64,000 nt of DNA, from NCBI RefSeq assembly GCF_009914755.1, contig NC_060932.1; one strand, written 5' to 3'. Below, piece by piece: positions 17,535 to 38,935 of this stretch. Each line of letters starts with the position of its first letter. The first letter of the stretch is position 1. The DNA comes from the human T2T-CHM13v2.0 reference genome, Homo sapiens. Both the position numbers and the translations under genes were made by a program. The notes under the pieces are model-generated. The model had not been told where the DNA came from, searched no databases, and saw only the letters and a list, made by a program, of their open reading frames with translations.

Positions 17535-18559
17535 TACAATTTGACATGTTTTTGCAGTGGCTGGTACCGGTTGTTCCTTTCCATGTTTAGTGCTTCCTTT
17601 AGGAACTCTTGTAAGGCAGGCCTGGTGGTGACAAAATCTCTCAGCATTTGCTTGTCTGTAAAGGATTTTATTTCTCCTTCACTTATGAAGCTTAGTTTGG
17701 CTGGATATGAAATTCTGGGTTGAAAATTCTTTTCTTTAAGAATGTTGAATATTGGCCCCCACTCTCTTCTGGCTTATAGGGTTTCTGCCGAGAGATCCAC
17801 TGTTAGTCTGCTGGGCTTCCCTTTGTGGGTAACTCGACCTTTCTGTCTGGCTGCACTTTACACTTTTTCCTTCATTTCAACTTTGGTGAATGTGACAATT
17901 ATGTGTCTTGGGGTTGCTCTTCTGAAGGAGTATCTTTCTGGTGTTGTCTGTATTTCCTGAATTTGAATGTTGGCCTGCCTTGCTAGTTTAGGGAAGTTCT
18001 CCTGGATAATACCCTGCAGAGTGTTTTCCAACTTGGTTCCATTCTCCCCATCACTTTCAGGTACACCAATCAGACTTAGATTTGGTCTTTTCACATAGTC
18101 CCATATTTCTTGGAGGCTTTGTTAATTTCTTTTTACTCTTTTTTCTCTAACCTTGTCTTCTTGCTTTATTTCATTAATTTGATCTTCAGTCACTGATACC
18201 CTTTCTTCCACTTGATCGAATCTGCTACTGAAGCTTGTGCATGCATCATGAAGTTCTCATGACATGGTTTTCAGCTCCATCAGGTCATTTAAGATCTTCT
18301 CTACGCTGTTTATTCTAGTTAGCCATTCATCTAATCTTTTTTCAAGGTTTTTAGCTTCCTTGCAGTGGGTTCAAACATCCTCCTTTAGCTCGGAGAAGTT
18401 TGTTATTATCAACCTTCTGAAGCCTACTTCTGTCAACTCGTCAAAGTCATTCTCCGTCCAGCTTTGTTCCATTGCTGGCAAGGAGCTATGATCCTTTGGA
18501 GGAAAAGAGGCTCTCGGATTTTTAGAATTTTCAGCTTTTCTGCTCTGGTTTCTTCCCAT
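17535..18559 (-). pseudogene. L1 ORF1p, disrupted
   Basis: Fragments 18371-18559 and 17858-18094 (KRPNLSLIGVPESDGENGTKLENTLQ) separated by stops. Confidence 0.92.
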
Positions 18560-19139
18560 CTTTGTGGTTTTATCTACCTTTGGTCTTTGATGATGGTGAC
18601 CTACAGATGGGGTTTTGGCGTAGATGACCTTTTTGTTGATGTTGATGCTATTCCTTTCTGTTTGTTAGTTTTCCTTCTAACAGTCAGGTCCCTCAGCTGC
18701 AGGTCTGTTGGAGTTTGCTGGAGTTCCACTCCAGACCCTGTTTGCCTGTGTATCAGCAGCGGAGGCTACAGAACAGCAAATATTGCTGCCTGATCCTTCC
18801 TCTGGAAGCTTCGCCCCAAAGGGGCAGCTGCCTATATGAGGTGTCTGTCGGCCCCTATTGGGAAGTGTCTCCCAGTTGGGCTACACAGGGGTCAGGGACC
18901 CACTTGAGGAGGCAGTCTGTCCATTCTCAGAGCTCAAACGCCGTGCTGGGAGAACTGCTACTCTCTTCAGAGCTGTCGGACAAGGATGTTTAAGTCTGCA
19001 GAAGTTGTCTGCTCCCTTTGTTCAGCTATGCCCTGCCCACAGAGGTGGAGTCTAGAGGCAGTAGGCCTTGTTGAGCTGCGGTGGGCTCTGCCCAGTTAGA
19101 GCTTCCCGGCTGCTTTCTTTACCTACTCAAGCCTCAGCA

Positions 19140-19334
19140 ATGGCAGATGCCCCTCCCCCAGCCAGGCTGCCATCTCACAGATCGATCTCATACTGCTGTG
19201 CTAGCAGTGAGCAAGGCTTCGTGAGTGTGGGACCCACCAAGCCAGGCACGGGAGAGAATCACCTTGTCTGCTGGTTGCTAAGACCTTCGGAAAAGTGCAG
19301 TATTTGGGTGGGAGTGCCCCGTTTTTCCAGGTAG
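19140..19334 (+). CDS. L1 ORF0 (antisense ORF in the L1 5' UTR), 64 aa, open
   Basis: GCAATGG context; MADAPPPARLPSHRSISYCCASSEQ...SEKCSIWVGVPRFSR aligns by eye with L1HS ORF0 (MAGAPPPASLPP...CCAS...SEKR...VGVTRFSR). Expression unknown. Confidence 0.6.
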   Translation: MADAPPPARLPSHRSISYCCASSEQGFVSVGPTKPGTGENHLVCWLLRPSEKCSIWVGVPRFSR

Positions 19335-19577
19335 TCTGTCCCGGCTTCCCTTGGCTAGGAAAGGGAAATCCCCCAACCCCTTGTGCTTCCCAGGTGAGGC
19401 GATGCCCCGCCCTGCTTCAGATCGCCCTCCATGGGCTGCACCCACTGTCCAGCCAGTCCCAGTGAGATGAACCAGGTACCTCAGTTGGAAATGCAGAAAT
19501 CACCCATCTTCTGTGTTGATCACACTGGGAGCTGCAGACCAGAGCTGTTCCTATTCGGCCATCTTGGTAAAGTCCTA

Positions 19578-19880
<303 letters not shown>

Positions 19881-20029
19881 TCAATTCTGTTTTTATATAT
19901 TGTCATGTACAACTGGAAACTAAAATTTTTTTTAAAAAACTCTATTTACACTAAAGCCAAAAAATGAAATACTTGGTTATAAATCTAACAAAACATGTAT
20001 AGAATCCATATGCTGAAAACAAAATGCTA

Positions 20030-20260
20030 CCTAGTATTCGATAATAGGGTGACTATAGTCTAATAATTTAATTGCACATTTAAAAATAACTAAAATAGTA
20101 TAATTGGATTGTTTGTAACACAAAAGATAAATGCTTGAGGGAATGGATACCCTATTTTACATGATGTGATTATCATGCATTGCATCCCTGTATCAAAACA
20201 TCTCATGTACCACATAAATATTTACACCTGCTATGTACCCACAAAAATTAAAATAATTAT
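20030..20260 (+). mobile_element. L1MA1-3-like 3' UTR fragment
   Basis: ATAGGGTGACTATAGTC...GGATTGTTTGTAACAC...CTATGTACCCACAAAAATTAAAA. Confidence 0.8.
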
Positions 20261-20354
20261 TTTCAAAATATGCTGATGAGGAGAATAAAAGCTAAAATAA
20301 ACAGGGAGACATATATTCATGGATTGGAAGATGTCAATTGGTCTGTAGGTTTAG

Positions 20355-20733
<379 letters not shown>

Positions 20734-20889
20734 ACAATTTTTAAAAAGAACAAAATTGGAGGAATGACAATACCCAATGTTGAGACAACATAAAGTTTCA
20801 ATAAGACACTAGAGTATTGGCTGGGGGATAGACACATTGATCACAGAATAGAAGTCCAGATACAGACCCACAGAAACATAGCCAGTTGT

Positions 20890-21225
<336 letters not shown>

Positions 21226-22385
21226 ATAGTCAGTTGATTTTTGACAAAGGTTCAAAGTCAATTCTGTGAAGACAGGATAATCTTCTCAAGAAACGATAAT
21301 GAAACCATTAGATATCTATATGTGAAAGAAAGGGCCTCAATCTAAATATCACATTTTATACAAAAAAGTAGATCATAGAGCTAAATGTAAAATGTAAAGC
21401 TATAAAACTCTGATAAATAAACATAGGAGAAAATCTTCATGAGTTGGTGTTAGGCAAAAAGTTATTGGGGATAACACCAAAGCATGATCTATAAAAGAAA
21501 AAAATTGATACACTGGACTTCACAAAATTTATAACTTTTGCTCTGTAAAGTATTAAGAGCAAAAAAAGACAGGCTATAAAATGGGAGAAAATTTTGAAAA
21601 TCTCATATTTGACAAATGGCTTGTATTTAGAGTACATATTTTCAAAAATTCTCAAAAATCAACAATAAAAACATCAAGCAACCCAACTTAAAAATTGGTA
21701 GAATAGTTGGACACTTCAGTAAAGAGGATGTAGAATGGTAAACAAGCATAAGAAAAAATGTTCATCATCATTACCTGTTAAGGAAATGCAAAATAAAACC
21801 ACAATGAGTTACTACTATACACCTATTAAAATGGCTGAAATAAAAAATGCTGCAATATCAAGTGCCAGAGGGGATGTAGATCAATCTGAACTCTCACGCA
21901 TTGCTGGCAGAAATGCAGAATGGTACAAGTTGGGAAAACAATTTTGGTACTTGCTTATAAAGTTAAACTAACACTTAACCTGTGACTCAGCATTCCTAAC
22001 GATAGATATTTACGTAATCTAGGGAAATTAAAACTTATGTTCACCCAAAAACATGTACACATATGTGCAACTCTGTTCATACTCACTAAAAACTGGGAAC
22101 AATTCAAATATTGTCTTTCTTTGGGTAAATGGATAAACAAACACTGGCATATTTATACAATGTTCTAGTACTGAGCAATATAAAAGGACAAATTATTGAT
22201 ACATGCAACAACTTGGATGAATCTCAAAAGCATTTTGCTGAGTGAAAGAAGATAATTTCAAAAGGTTTTATACTATATTATTCATTTCTGTGACATTCTG
22301 AAAAAGGCCAAACTATAGAGATGAAAACATCAGTGGTTATCACCTATCATATGTGGAGGTAGGAGGTGTCTATAAAGAGATGTAA

Positions 22386-22724
<339 letters not shown>

Positions 22725-23747
22725 ACATATTCTCTATTCTGGTTGTGATGGTGTAGAAATCCATACATCTGTGTGTGTAAATTCATAGACCTGTTCACAA
22801 AAATACATCAGTTTTACTCTATGATAATATATTTTTAAACTTTATTTTCAGTACCACTAAATATCACTTTTATTTCTATGGGACTGCTAAATCAGAACCC
22901 ACTGAATATAAGGCAGAGAGAGATGATTAATTCTAGATGTTTTTATTTTATAATTTAAAAGAAACACAGGTTTGCTATGCCAAGTAGTAGAAAAATGTAA
23001 GCAGTATTGAGGGGAGGAGGGTCTGGTTAGTAAAGAGGCTAAATTATCCAGCTACGACATGCACTGAATTTTCTGGATAATTATACACATTTCCACTCAC
23101 CTATAAGCAAGTAAGGCTCTTGAGGCACATAAATGATTCCACTGCAATAAGTTACATTTTTTGGAACTCTACTAACACATACATTCAAAGCTCTTTTTGG
23201 TGATTTATCATTGTTTCAACCTAAAGAGTTTCTGAAATTTCCTAACATACCATTCATAACTCCAACGGAATCCCTTACATACTGAAATAAGTCAGTATTA
23301 TTTTCTTTTTTAAAATGTCACCACTGATGAGGAGCTAAGTCTTAAGTTTTTGAAATATTTAAGAAAATATTAAATTCATTATAAGAATAATAATTTAGTA
23401 TTCATCTTGTTTATAAATATGTTTCCTCTGTGGTTGGACAACTGGATTATAATTTGTTTTTAGAGTTCTCGATTGCAATTATATTAATTTAAAACTATAT
23501 TTTGAGACTAGTGAAATAAATTATGGTACATCCATCTAATGGAATATTATGTAGCTGTAATAAAGAATGAAGATGCTTTTAATGTACTGGTATGGAATGA
23601 TCTCAGATATCTTAATATATTAGGTGTATAAAGCAAATGAGAATAGTAGGCAAAACATGCTATTATTTATGCAAAATGGGAAAATTTTATACTTATACAT
23701 ACACACATAGATACATACATGTGTATTTACTTATAAGACAGACTATC

Positions 23748-24348
<601 letters not shown>

Positions 24349-24699
24349 CCTTAAAGAATACAAAGGAACAGAAGAATGGGTAATTACATGATTCAGGGGT
24401 AACAGTTGGGATATATCACTGGTGGCCATTTTATATATTTTACATATTGAACCCTGTGAATGCTTTACCTATTACAAAAACAAATGAAAATTACTTTCTA
24501 TTTGTTCAACAAAGAGTGTCTACATTTAAAAAAATTAATTGCCTGGGAAAAAAAGAAACAATAAGTCCATTTTCTTCTTGGGGTCCAGCATTCTCAGTAG
24601 AAATGCACTGAAGAATAAATTTCTCATTGTACACATTTGTCTGATTTTTTTCTTCACTAAAAGAATGCCTAAAGTGTGTAGGATCCTTCCAGTACTCTG

Positions 24700-24860
24700 A
24701 TAACTGCTACTCAAAGTGTTGTCCAAGGATCAATAGCATCAGGAGCTGGCTAGAAATGCAGAATCATTGTGCCCCACCCTACACCTATAGAATCAAGAAT
24801 CAGCACTTTAACAAGGTTCTGCCAGAGGATTTACATGCACTTTAAAGTACTGCTGCAACA
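24700..24860. mobile_element. MER5 (hAT-Charlie) MITE
   Basis: CTCAAAGTGT...AGCATCA...TAGAAATGCAGAATC...TTTAACAAG. Confidence 0.7.
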
Positions 24861-25316
24861 GGCAGGATGGAGTTGGATAAAGACAATGCCAGTAGCCCTA
24901 GGATATTAGGCAAATTGATGGTTTTTCAGGATAGAGAGCAAAAGGGCACTGAGCAGACTTCCATGAAGTTGAGAACTGATGGAAATCTTATAAATACCCT
25001 AGAACCTAAAGTCAAAGAGAAATCATAGCTCCTGAGTGTGAATAAAAATGTAATATATTTTCTATTTAATTTTTAAATAACCCAGTAATATGAAAAAAAT
25101 AACCGTTCTAGGCCTGCAAAAAGATAAAACCATTAGCTGTCTCAAAAATCAAACCAAAATAGACTAAAACTCTCGATAGCCATCTATCCACTTTCAGTCA
25201 AGTCTCTCTGCTTCTACTTTTCCCCCCATCCCACCACCATTTATCCAACAATAAGAATGTGTCTTCTGAAATGGAAGTCAAATCATATCACTCATGACTT
25301 CTACACCCTTCAGTGG

Positions 25317-26011
<695 letters not shown>

Positions 26012-26547
26012 AATGGCTTCTCATTTTACTCAGAATTAGAGCCAGAGCCCTAACACAGACCTATAAGGCTCTACACAACACAGCTCCTGCCGTGGTCACT
26101 CAACTGCTACTACTCTCCCCCGGCTTGCTCAGGTCCAGATACACTGGCCTCCTTGCTATTCCCTGAACTTAGCATGTTCTGCTTCCAGACCTTTGCACTT
26201 GTTCCCTCTGCCCAGGATCCTGTTCCTCCAGATAACCCAAAGCTCATGTCCTTCAGGTCTCTGCTTAAGCATCATCTGATAAGCGAGGCCTTCCTTGACC
26301 ACTCTACATAAAATAGCTGCTCCCCACCCCTCCATCCTCCTTACCCTGCTTTATTTCTCCCCAATCACTTATCATTTCTCACACAATACTATTTTATTTG
26401 TCAACTTGCTTGTTTTTTTTTTCCTAGTAGAATATAAGCTCCTCAAAGGCTGGAGCTTTATTTTGGTCATTGCCACACCTCTAGTGCCTAAAAGAGGGAT
26501 AGTTAATGAATGAAGTTAATGAATGAAGATAGTTAATGAATGAAGAA
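26012..26547 (+). mobile_element. L2a 3' end with a locally triplicated (GTTAATGAATGAAG) tail
   Basis: CACTGGCCTCCTTGCT, CTTTGCACTTG, CTAGTGCCTA and TGAA tail. Confidence 0.75.
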
Positions 26548-26552
26548 ATTAT

Positions 26553-27900
<1,348 letters not shown>

Positions 27901-28471
27901 GATCTCATAACCAGCTCAGCCCTATCATCGTTAAAGAAATTCTCCCCTCAGGCATTTTCTTTTTTAGTTTTTATCTCTTTCAAGGCTCTATTTGGTGTTT
28001 ATTTTAATATAATTTCCCCTGAACAAAAATTGCTTAAACCAGGGGTTTATCATTTGATATTATTTGCCCTGGGGATATCTGTGGATTTTTTTTTTTTTGG
28101 TGGGGGGTGGTCTGGAGGCTTGCAGTAGGTCTCTCATTGTCAATAGTTAGATGTTCCTGAATATACATTTTTAAATATTGAGGGGAAAAAACCAAATTCA
28201 GGGTGTTTGTTGCAATTACTGCTCAGTCCCTTATCTTCCTTGACTTGGAACTTGATTGAAATGCCACTTTATAAAATACAAGGTAACTGTAGCTGCTTTG
28301 AAACTCTCCATACATGTCCACACTACATTGTAGTGTAGAAAACCTTCCTGTTTGCTAATTGCATCTACAGTTGTGTAAGTATCAGGAACAACTTATAAAA
28401 TAAATGCATTTTAGCAAACTTTACCCCTGTACTAGTACTGTATAGGAATTAGTTTTCAACCCTGATCACTA

Positions 28472-29760
<1,289 letters not shown>

Positions 29761-29806
29761 ACTAGAATCATCCATAGACTTGTTTCAACACACAGGTAAC
29801 CAGATG

Positions 29807-31855
<2,049 letters not shown>

Positions 31856-32305
31856 AGAGGAGGTTAGATTTGTTCTGTGTAATATAATTAGGACTTTGAT
31901 AGTTGTTAACTGTGACTTGAAGCCTGGTTATGTCAATAAACATTAACCTGAAGAATATGTCTGCAAAATTTCCTACTCCTGTTCCACTCCCTTTCCCTGC
32001 TTTTTTTTCCCCCACTGTATTTTCTCTGAAAAGAGAACTAGAAAGATCCTGGGTCACTAATAGTCTTGGAAATCACCATTTATCTTTGAAACGGTAACAC
32101 TATTGCTAAACTTCAGTGACAACATTGGCCATTGGAAAGGGTGAGTAGAATCCAAGACTCTTCCCCCTTTAGAAATTCTTAAATATCCTAAAATATGCCC
32201 TTTGGCTAACATTTTTTGTAACCAGATGTATGTTTCAGAGAGAATGTCTGGGTAAGAAAAATGATGGAATTTATAAATTATTGCTTTTCCTTTCTACTTT
32301 GATAG

Positions 32306-32731
<426 letters not shown>

Positions 32732-33253
32732 TAGGAGAGAGGGGAGGAAAAACAACTGAAGTGTTCTACTGCTTTCTACTCTAGGCAGTGCCAAAGAGTT
32801 ATGGCTCTTTTAATTCATCCCTTCATCTCATTTGTAAACGGAAAAACACATTCCACAAAAAGAAGTCTTTGTTTCTGGAAACACTTGTTTTAGAAAAAAA
32901 ACAAAAAAGGTATGAGGAAAGCTTTATTTTGGGGAAATATACTCTCTTGTTTTTCTTTATTAAATGTTTATGTCATTTTGTAAAACACATGATATAGTGA
33001 AATAAACGAAAGAATATTTACACATATGCATACACACAGTATTCTTTCAAAGCATAGAGACATAAAAATAATCCTGAAGTTTGGAAATATGTAGATTTTG
33101 GCAAGAGAGGTATATCTTTGTATTTCTCACATTAGGATTATTTTGTAAGCACACACTAGTCTTGTCTCACTTAGGGGCAAACTAACAGTGTATTTTGAAG
33201 AGATGCCATTGCTGAAGGGCATCAAACATTTATTTCCTTTAAGAATTATACAG

Positions 33254-33895
<642 letters not shown>

Positions 33896-34589
33896 TCAAA
33901 CCCACTTGCTCTTCCAAACATTTCTGTGAAATTTATGTAGTTTTTATTTATATCCATGCTTCTTTTAATGGGTTAGAAACTCTTCAATAACCTCCTGCAA
34001 AGAGTCTCAAATCTGGCTTCAACTACCCTTGCCTAATTGGTCAGAACATTAGAACCAACATGTCAAACCAGTCTTCCATAGCCTGTCTCCCCACCTCCCA
34101 CCTCTACCCAAAAACATGTTTATAAGTCAAAGGTGACTTCAGCTGGGAAGGGAAGGGGTGGTCTCTTGTGTGTTGGAGTTAATTATTGTCTCATACTTCC
34201 TTTCCAGTGACATTATCCACCCCATCTTGAAATCCTAGAGCCATTTCTACAAGGTTCATTACTCCACTTCATTAAGCAACAGGTCCTGCCAGCTAAAGTC
34301 TTAAAAAAAAAAAATAGCAGTAGCAAGTGACAGTTTTAGCAACACTTCCTAACTCCAGTCTGTGACACGCCCATGAACTTTCCACATTAAGAGGAAGTGG
34401 TAGGGTGGAAAATTCTAACCTTTTCGAAACTTTGGGACTCTATAAAAATTCCTGTGTGGGAGAAGAAGCTGGAGAAGAAATCCTTGATCTGTAACTTAAT
34501 ATATGTGTATATTTTATGTGTACATATTGGCCTGCCTACCTGCATGTTATAAAGCACGACATCCTACATGCCACAGAGATGCATCTCAC

Positions 34590-35140
34590 AGAGGCTAAGA
34601 CAAGGTACCAGTCCTCAAAAAGCTGACAGCAGAGGCAGAAGGAAGAAGCAAACACAAAAAACAGTAACTAATTGTGAAGCAGGATGAAATAAGTGATAAC
34701 AAAGAGGCAAGAGTGACGTGTGGTGGGTTCTGACTGATGGGAGGTTTTATATAGCAGCACCAAGTACCATACAGATTCCAGGTTCAAACGCACACACAAC
34801 AGGAAGATGAGAAAGCTTAAGACTCAAAATGGAATGGATTAGATAATATAATATATACGAAAGTCCTGGCAGATGGCTTCACTTATTGTTGTAAGAAGGA
34901 GTTAGCATTTGATTTGAGCTCTGAAGGATAAAAGAATTTTAAGTGAGGAGAAGGGTGTTCCAGGCTGAGGAAACAAGGTAGAGACAGAGTTGACAGTTTG
35001 AGTCTCGGGAGTAAGGTGGGGAATGAAGAGTTGATGGGGTGCTAGCAAACAGTGCCTGGAGAGAGAAAACAGGAGTCTGAAAGCTATGCTAGACAAAGCA
35101 CCAAGAGCTTTGTGTAACAGGCTGCGGAGCTGGGAGGAAA
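34590..35140 (-). mobile_element. L2 relic
   Basis: CATTTGATTTGAGCTCTGAAGGATAAAAGAATTT; GGTGTTCCAGGCTGAGGAAACA. Confidence 0.55.
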
Positions 35141-35954
35141 TGAAGAAAAGAAAAAGGTGGTTATTCAATCTCCGCATTCAGACACATCACCACCACCTTC
35201 TCTCTGGTCCACCTGAACTGGTCAGAGATAACCAAAGGAGGATAAGGAAATCAACGTGTTGCAACAACAAGGACATCTTTGTAGCACTGCAGTGTCCTAA
35301 TTGTGACTAATTGTGAAACAGTTCATCACCTCTGCTCACCCAGACCCCTCTCCTATCAGCACCACCACCTCTTCCACCAATCCCCACAGTATTAACTCCA
35401 CTTCCACTCTGTCCGACATCACCCCCCTCAACCCTTCTGCTCCGCCTCTTCAATCTGGACCAGCAGCAGCCCCTACTGCCAGAACGACACCACAGCCACC
35501 CAGCATGGCAGAGCAAGCTTGCACAGGGAAGGTATGCTAGGAAATGGCTGCACACTGTCCCACTAGGGAATTCCATCCTCTGCCAACTAAGGAATTCCAT
35601 GGAAAAGATTCACGTCAGTGGACAGATCCAGATGGTGCCTGGTACTCTGCAGGTCCTCAATAACTTTCTGTTAAATTGGGTCTTAATTGTTTGTGAGTTA
35701 TTGATTATAATAAGTCCAATTTCTCAATAAATGGAGTTAGACATCAAGGAGCAACTGTGGTATTGTCAAATGTGAGCCTAAAAGCTCAATACTTTCTACC
35801 GCGGCCCTCACTACCATTTTAGTATTATGTTCAAAAATAAGCATGAGATTTCCCCAGTTATAAAGATAACGCATATACATTATGTAAAATTTGGAACATA
35901 TCCAACTATCTTGCTTTTAAGTTCCCCAGAAAAACAACAACCAGAATCAGCTAT

Positions 35955-36745
35955 TGCAGTCATTTCCTACTGCTGCTGCCGCAAATTATCACAGATTTAA
36001 TGGCTTAAAACAAACATAAATTCATCTTACAGTTCTGGAGGTCAGAAGTCTGACCTAGGTCTTACTGGGCTAAAATCAAGGCATCAGTGGGGCTGTGTTC
36101 ATTCTGGAGACTCTACTGGAGCATGTGTTTCTTTGCCTTTTCCAGCTCATGGGAGCTGCCTCCGCTCTTTTTTTTTTTTTTTTTTTTTTTTTGAGACAGG
36201 GTCTTGTTCTGTTGCCCAGGCTGGAGTGCGATTACGTCATTACAGCCTCAACTTCCTGGGCTCAGGTGATCCTTCTGCCTCAGCCTCCTGGGTAGCTGGA
36301 ACCACAGGTGTCTGTCACCACTCCTGGCTAATTTTTTTTTTTTTTTGGTAGAGACGGGGTTTTGCCATGTTGCCCAGACTGGACTCTAACTCCTAGGCTC
36401 AAGCAATCTGCCCACCTTGCCCTCCCAAAGTGTTGGGATTACAGGCGTGAGCCACCGTGCCCAGCCTACCCACATTCTTTAGCTTGCGGCCCCTTCATTC
36501 ATCTTCAAAGCCAGCAACTTTGTGTCTCTTTGATCATTAGTCACATCTTCCTCTGACTTTCTTCTGCCTCCCTCTTTCACTTTTAAGGACACTTGCGATT
36601 ACATTGGGCCAACATGAATGATCCAGGATAATCTAGGATTATCAGTTTGCTGATTAGCATGTGTAATCTTAATTCTTCTTTGCCATGTGAAGTAACAAAT
36701 TCACAGATTCTAGGGATTAGGACACAAACATCTTTGGGGCGTCGT
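35955..36745 (-). mobile_element. MLT1 (C/D-like) LTR with an AluJ at 36168-36467
   Basis: TGGCTTAAAACA, CAGTTCTGGAGGTCAGAAGTC, GATTACATTGGGCC, GGGATTAGGAC. Confidence 0.8.
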
Positions 36746-36845
36746 TGGCACTAATAATTCCTGTATTCAGAAATAGTAACCACAAACACTTTATTATGTG
36801 ACTTTCCGTTCTTTTTAAGGTTCACATATATGCAAATATGTAATG

Positions 36846-38015
36846 CAGTCATGTGTCTCTTAACCATAGGGTTACATTCTGAAAAATGCACCATTAGGCA
36901 GTTTTGTCACTGTGTGAACATCATAGAGTGTACTTACATAAACCTAGATGGTATAGCCTTACACACCTAGGCTAGTTAGTATAGCTACACACCTGCACAA
37001 CATGTTACTGTACTGAAAACTGTAGGCAATTGTAGCACAATGGTTAGAATTTATGTATCTAAATATATCTAAACATAGAAAAGGTACAGTAAAAATATGA
37101 TATAAAAGTTTTTTCAAATGATTCTCTTACATAGGGCACATACCATGAATGGAGCCTGCAGGACTGGAAGTTGCTCTGGGTTAGTCAGTGAGTGAGTGGT
37201 GAGTGAATGTGAAGGCCTAGGACATTACTGCACACTACTGTAGACTTCATCAACACTGTACACCTAGGCTACACTCAATTTATTAAAAATATATTTGTCT
37301 TTCTTCAATAATAAACTATTGGGATACATTCTGAGAAGTGTACTGTTAGGCAACTTTTTACCTACTATAACTTTTTTGCCTTATAAACTTTTAAATTTTG
37401 AAAAACTTTTTGACTCATTTGTAATAAAACTTAGCTTAAAACACACATTGTACAGCTATACAAAATATTTTCTTTCTTTACATCTTTAATCTATAATACA
37501 CCTTTACCTATTTTTAAAATTTTTTATTTTAATTTTTACTTTTTAGGCTTTTTTGTTAAAAACTAAAACACAAGCACACACATTAGCCTAGGACTACACT
37601 GGGTCAGGATCATCAATGTCACTGTCTTCCACCTCCACATCTTGTCCTACTGGAAGGTTTTCAGGGGCAATAACACGCATGGAGCTGTCCTCTCCTATGA
37701 CAACAATGCCTTCTTTCAGCATACCACCTAAAGGATCTGAAATATGTAAACCAGTAACAGTCATTTATTATCACTAGCAAGTATGAAGTACTGTGCATAA
37801 TAGTATGTGTTATACTTTTATACAATTGGCAGTGCAGTAGGTTTGTTTACACCATCACCACAAGCAGGTGAGTAATGCCTTATGCTACATCACTGGCTGT
37901 GATGGCTATGATGGCTATGATGTCACTAGGTGATAGGAATTTTTCAGCTCCATTATAATCTGATGGGATTACTTATGTGCCGTTGACCAGAATGTTGTTA
38001 TTTGGCACGTGGCTG
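36846..38015. mobile_element. Tigger3b-like non-autonomous DNA transposon
   Basis: Left TIR CAGTCATGTGTCTCTTAAC and right TIR GTTATTTGGCACGTGGCTG followed by TA; internal GGAAGTTGCTCTGGGT.AGTCAGTGAGTGAGTGGTGAGTGAATGTGAAGGCCTAGG. Confidence 0.85.
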
Positions 38016-38502
38016 TACATGTAATAGGCTGTTCCTCCACTTTAAAGTGGGATAATATGCATGTAGGGAATGGAGTTTTCTGTATAACTATAGACCTGTA
38101 AGACATGCTCTACTTTTAGATCAGCTAATAATCAACAAGGTTACTTTGAATATAATAATGTCTACTTAAAAGCCAGTGAAGGTTCCTCTTTTTCCCATTC
38201 AAATTGCCTGTGGAAGTGGAGTAAATGTATTAGTGTGTGTTGATTCATGAGTTGACCAAATTTGGCCAGAAAGTGAAAGCTTTGTTTATGGGAAGAATCA
38301 GAGGGTGTTCCAATGAAAACAGGAGCCACTGGTAGTAATGGAGCCTGGAGGTGTTCACACTTGTATTAATCATGCTTCAGCCTACTGTGTTCTGTGAAAA
38401 AGAGAACTTGTTTTATACATATAGTCTAATAATTTGTGTCTGACCTGGCAACTCCTTCGTTCCTTCTTCAGTGTTCTAAGATTACACAAACCTAAAGAAT
38501 AG

Positions 38503-38935
38503 TGTCAGGCCTCTGAGCCCAAACTAAGCCATCATATAACCTGTGACCTGCACGTATACATCCAGATGGCCTGAAGCAACTGAAGATCCACAAAAGAAGT
38601 GCAAATAGCCTTAACTGATGACATTCCACCATTGTGATTTGTTTCTGCCCCACTCTAACTAATCAATGTACTTTGTAATCTCCCCCACCCTTAAGAAGGT
38701 TCTTTGTAATTCTCCCCACCCTTGAGAATGTACTTTGTGAGATCCACCCCCACCCGCAAACCATTGCTCTTAACTCCACTGCCTATCCCAAAACCTGTAA
38801 GAACTAATGATAATCCCACCACCCTTTGCTGACTCTCTTTTTGGACTCAGCCTGCCTGCATCCAGGTGAAGTAAACAGCCTCGTTGCTCACACAAAGCCT
38901 GTTGGTGGACTCTCTTCACACGGACGCATGTGACA
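38503..38935 (+). mobile_element. LTR7 (HERV-H) solo LTR, LTR7B/C-like, 433 bp
   Basis: TGTCAGGCCTCTGAGCCCAA start, GGACGCATGTGACA end; perfect 5-bp TSD AATAG at 38498 and 38936. Confidence 0.93.

Noticed and set aside
23095-23225. Minus-strand exon-like segment (TTTAG|G near 23221 to TAG|GTGAGT near 23100)
   Set aside because: All three frames contain stops and the acceptor is weak; no support for use as an upstream ARFGEF1 exon.
26498-26547. Short direct repeats GTTAATGAATGAAG, considered as an array
   Set aside because: Slippage in the L2 (TGAA)n tail; no unique spacers.
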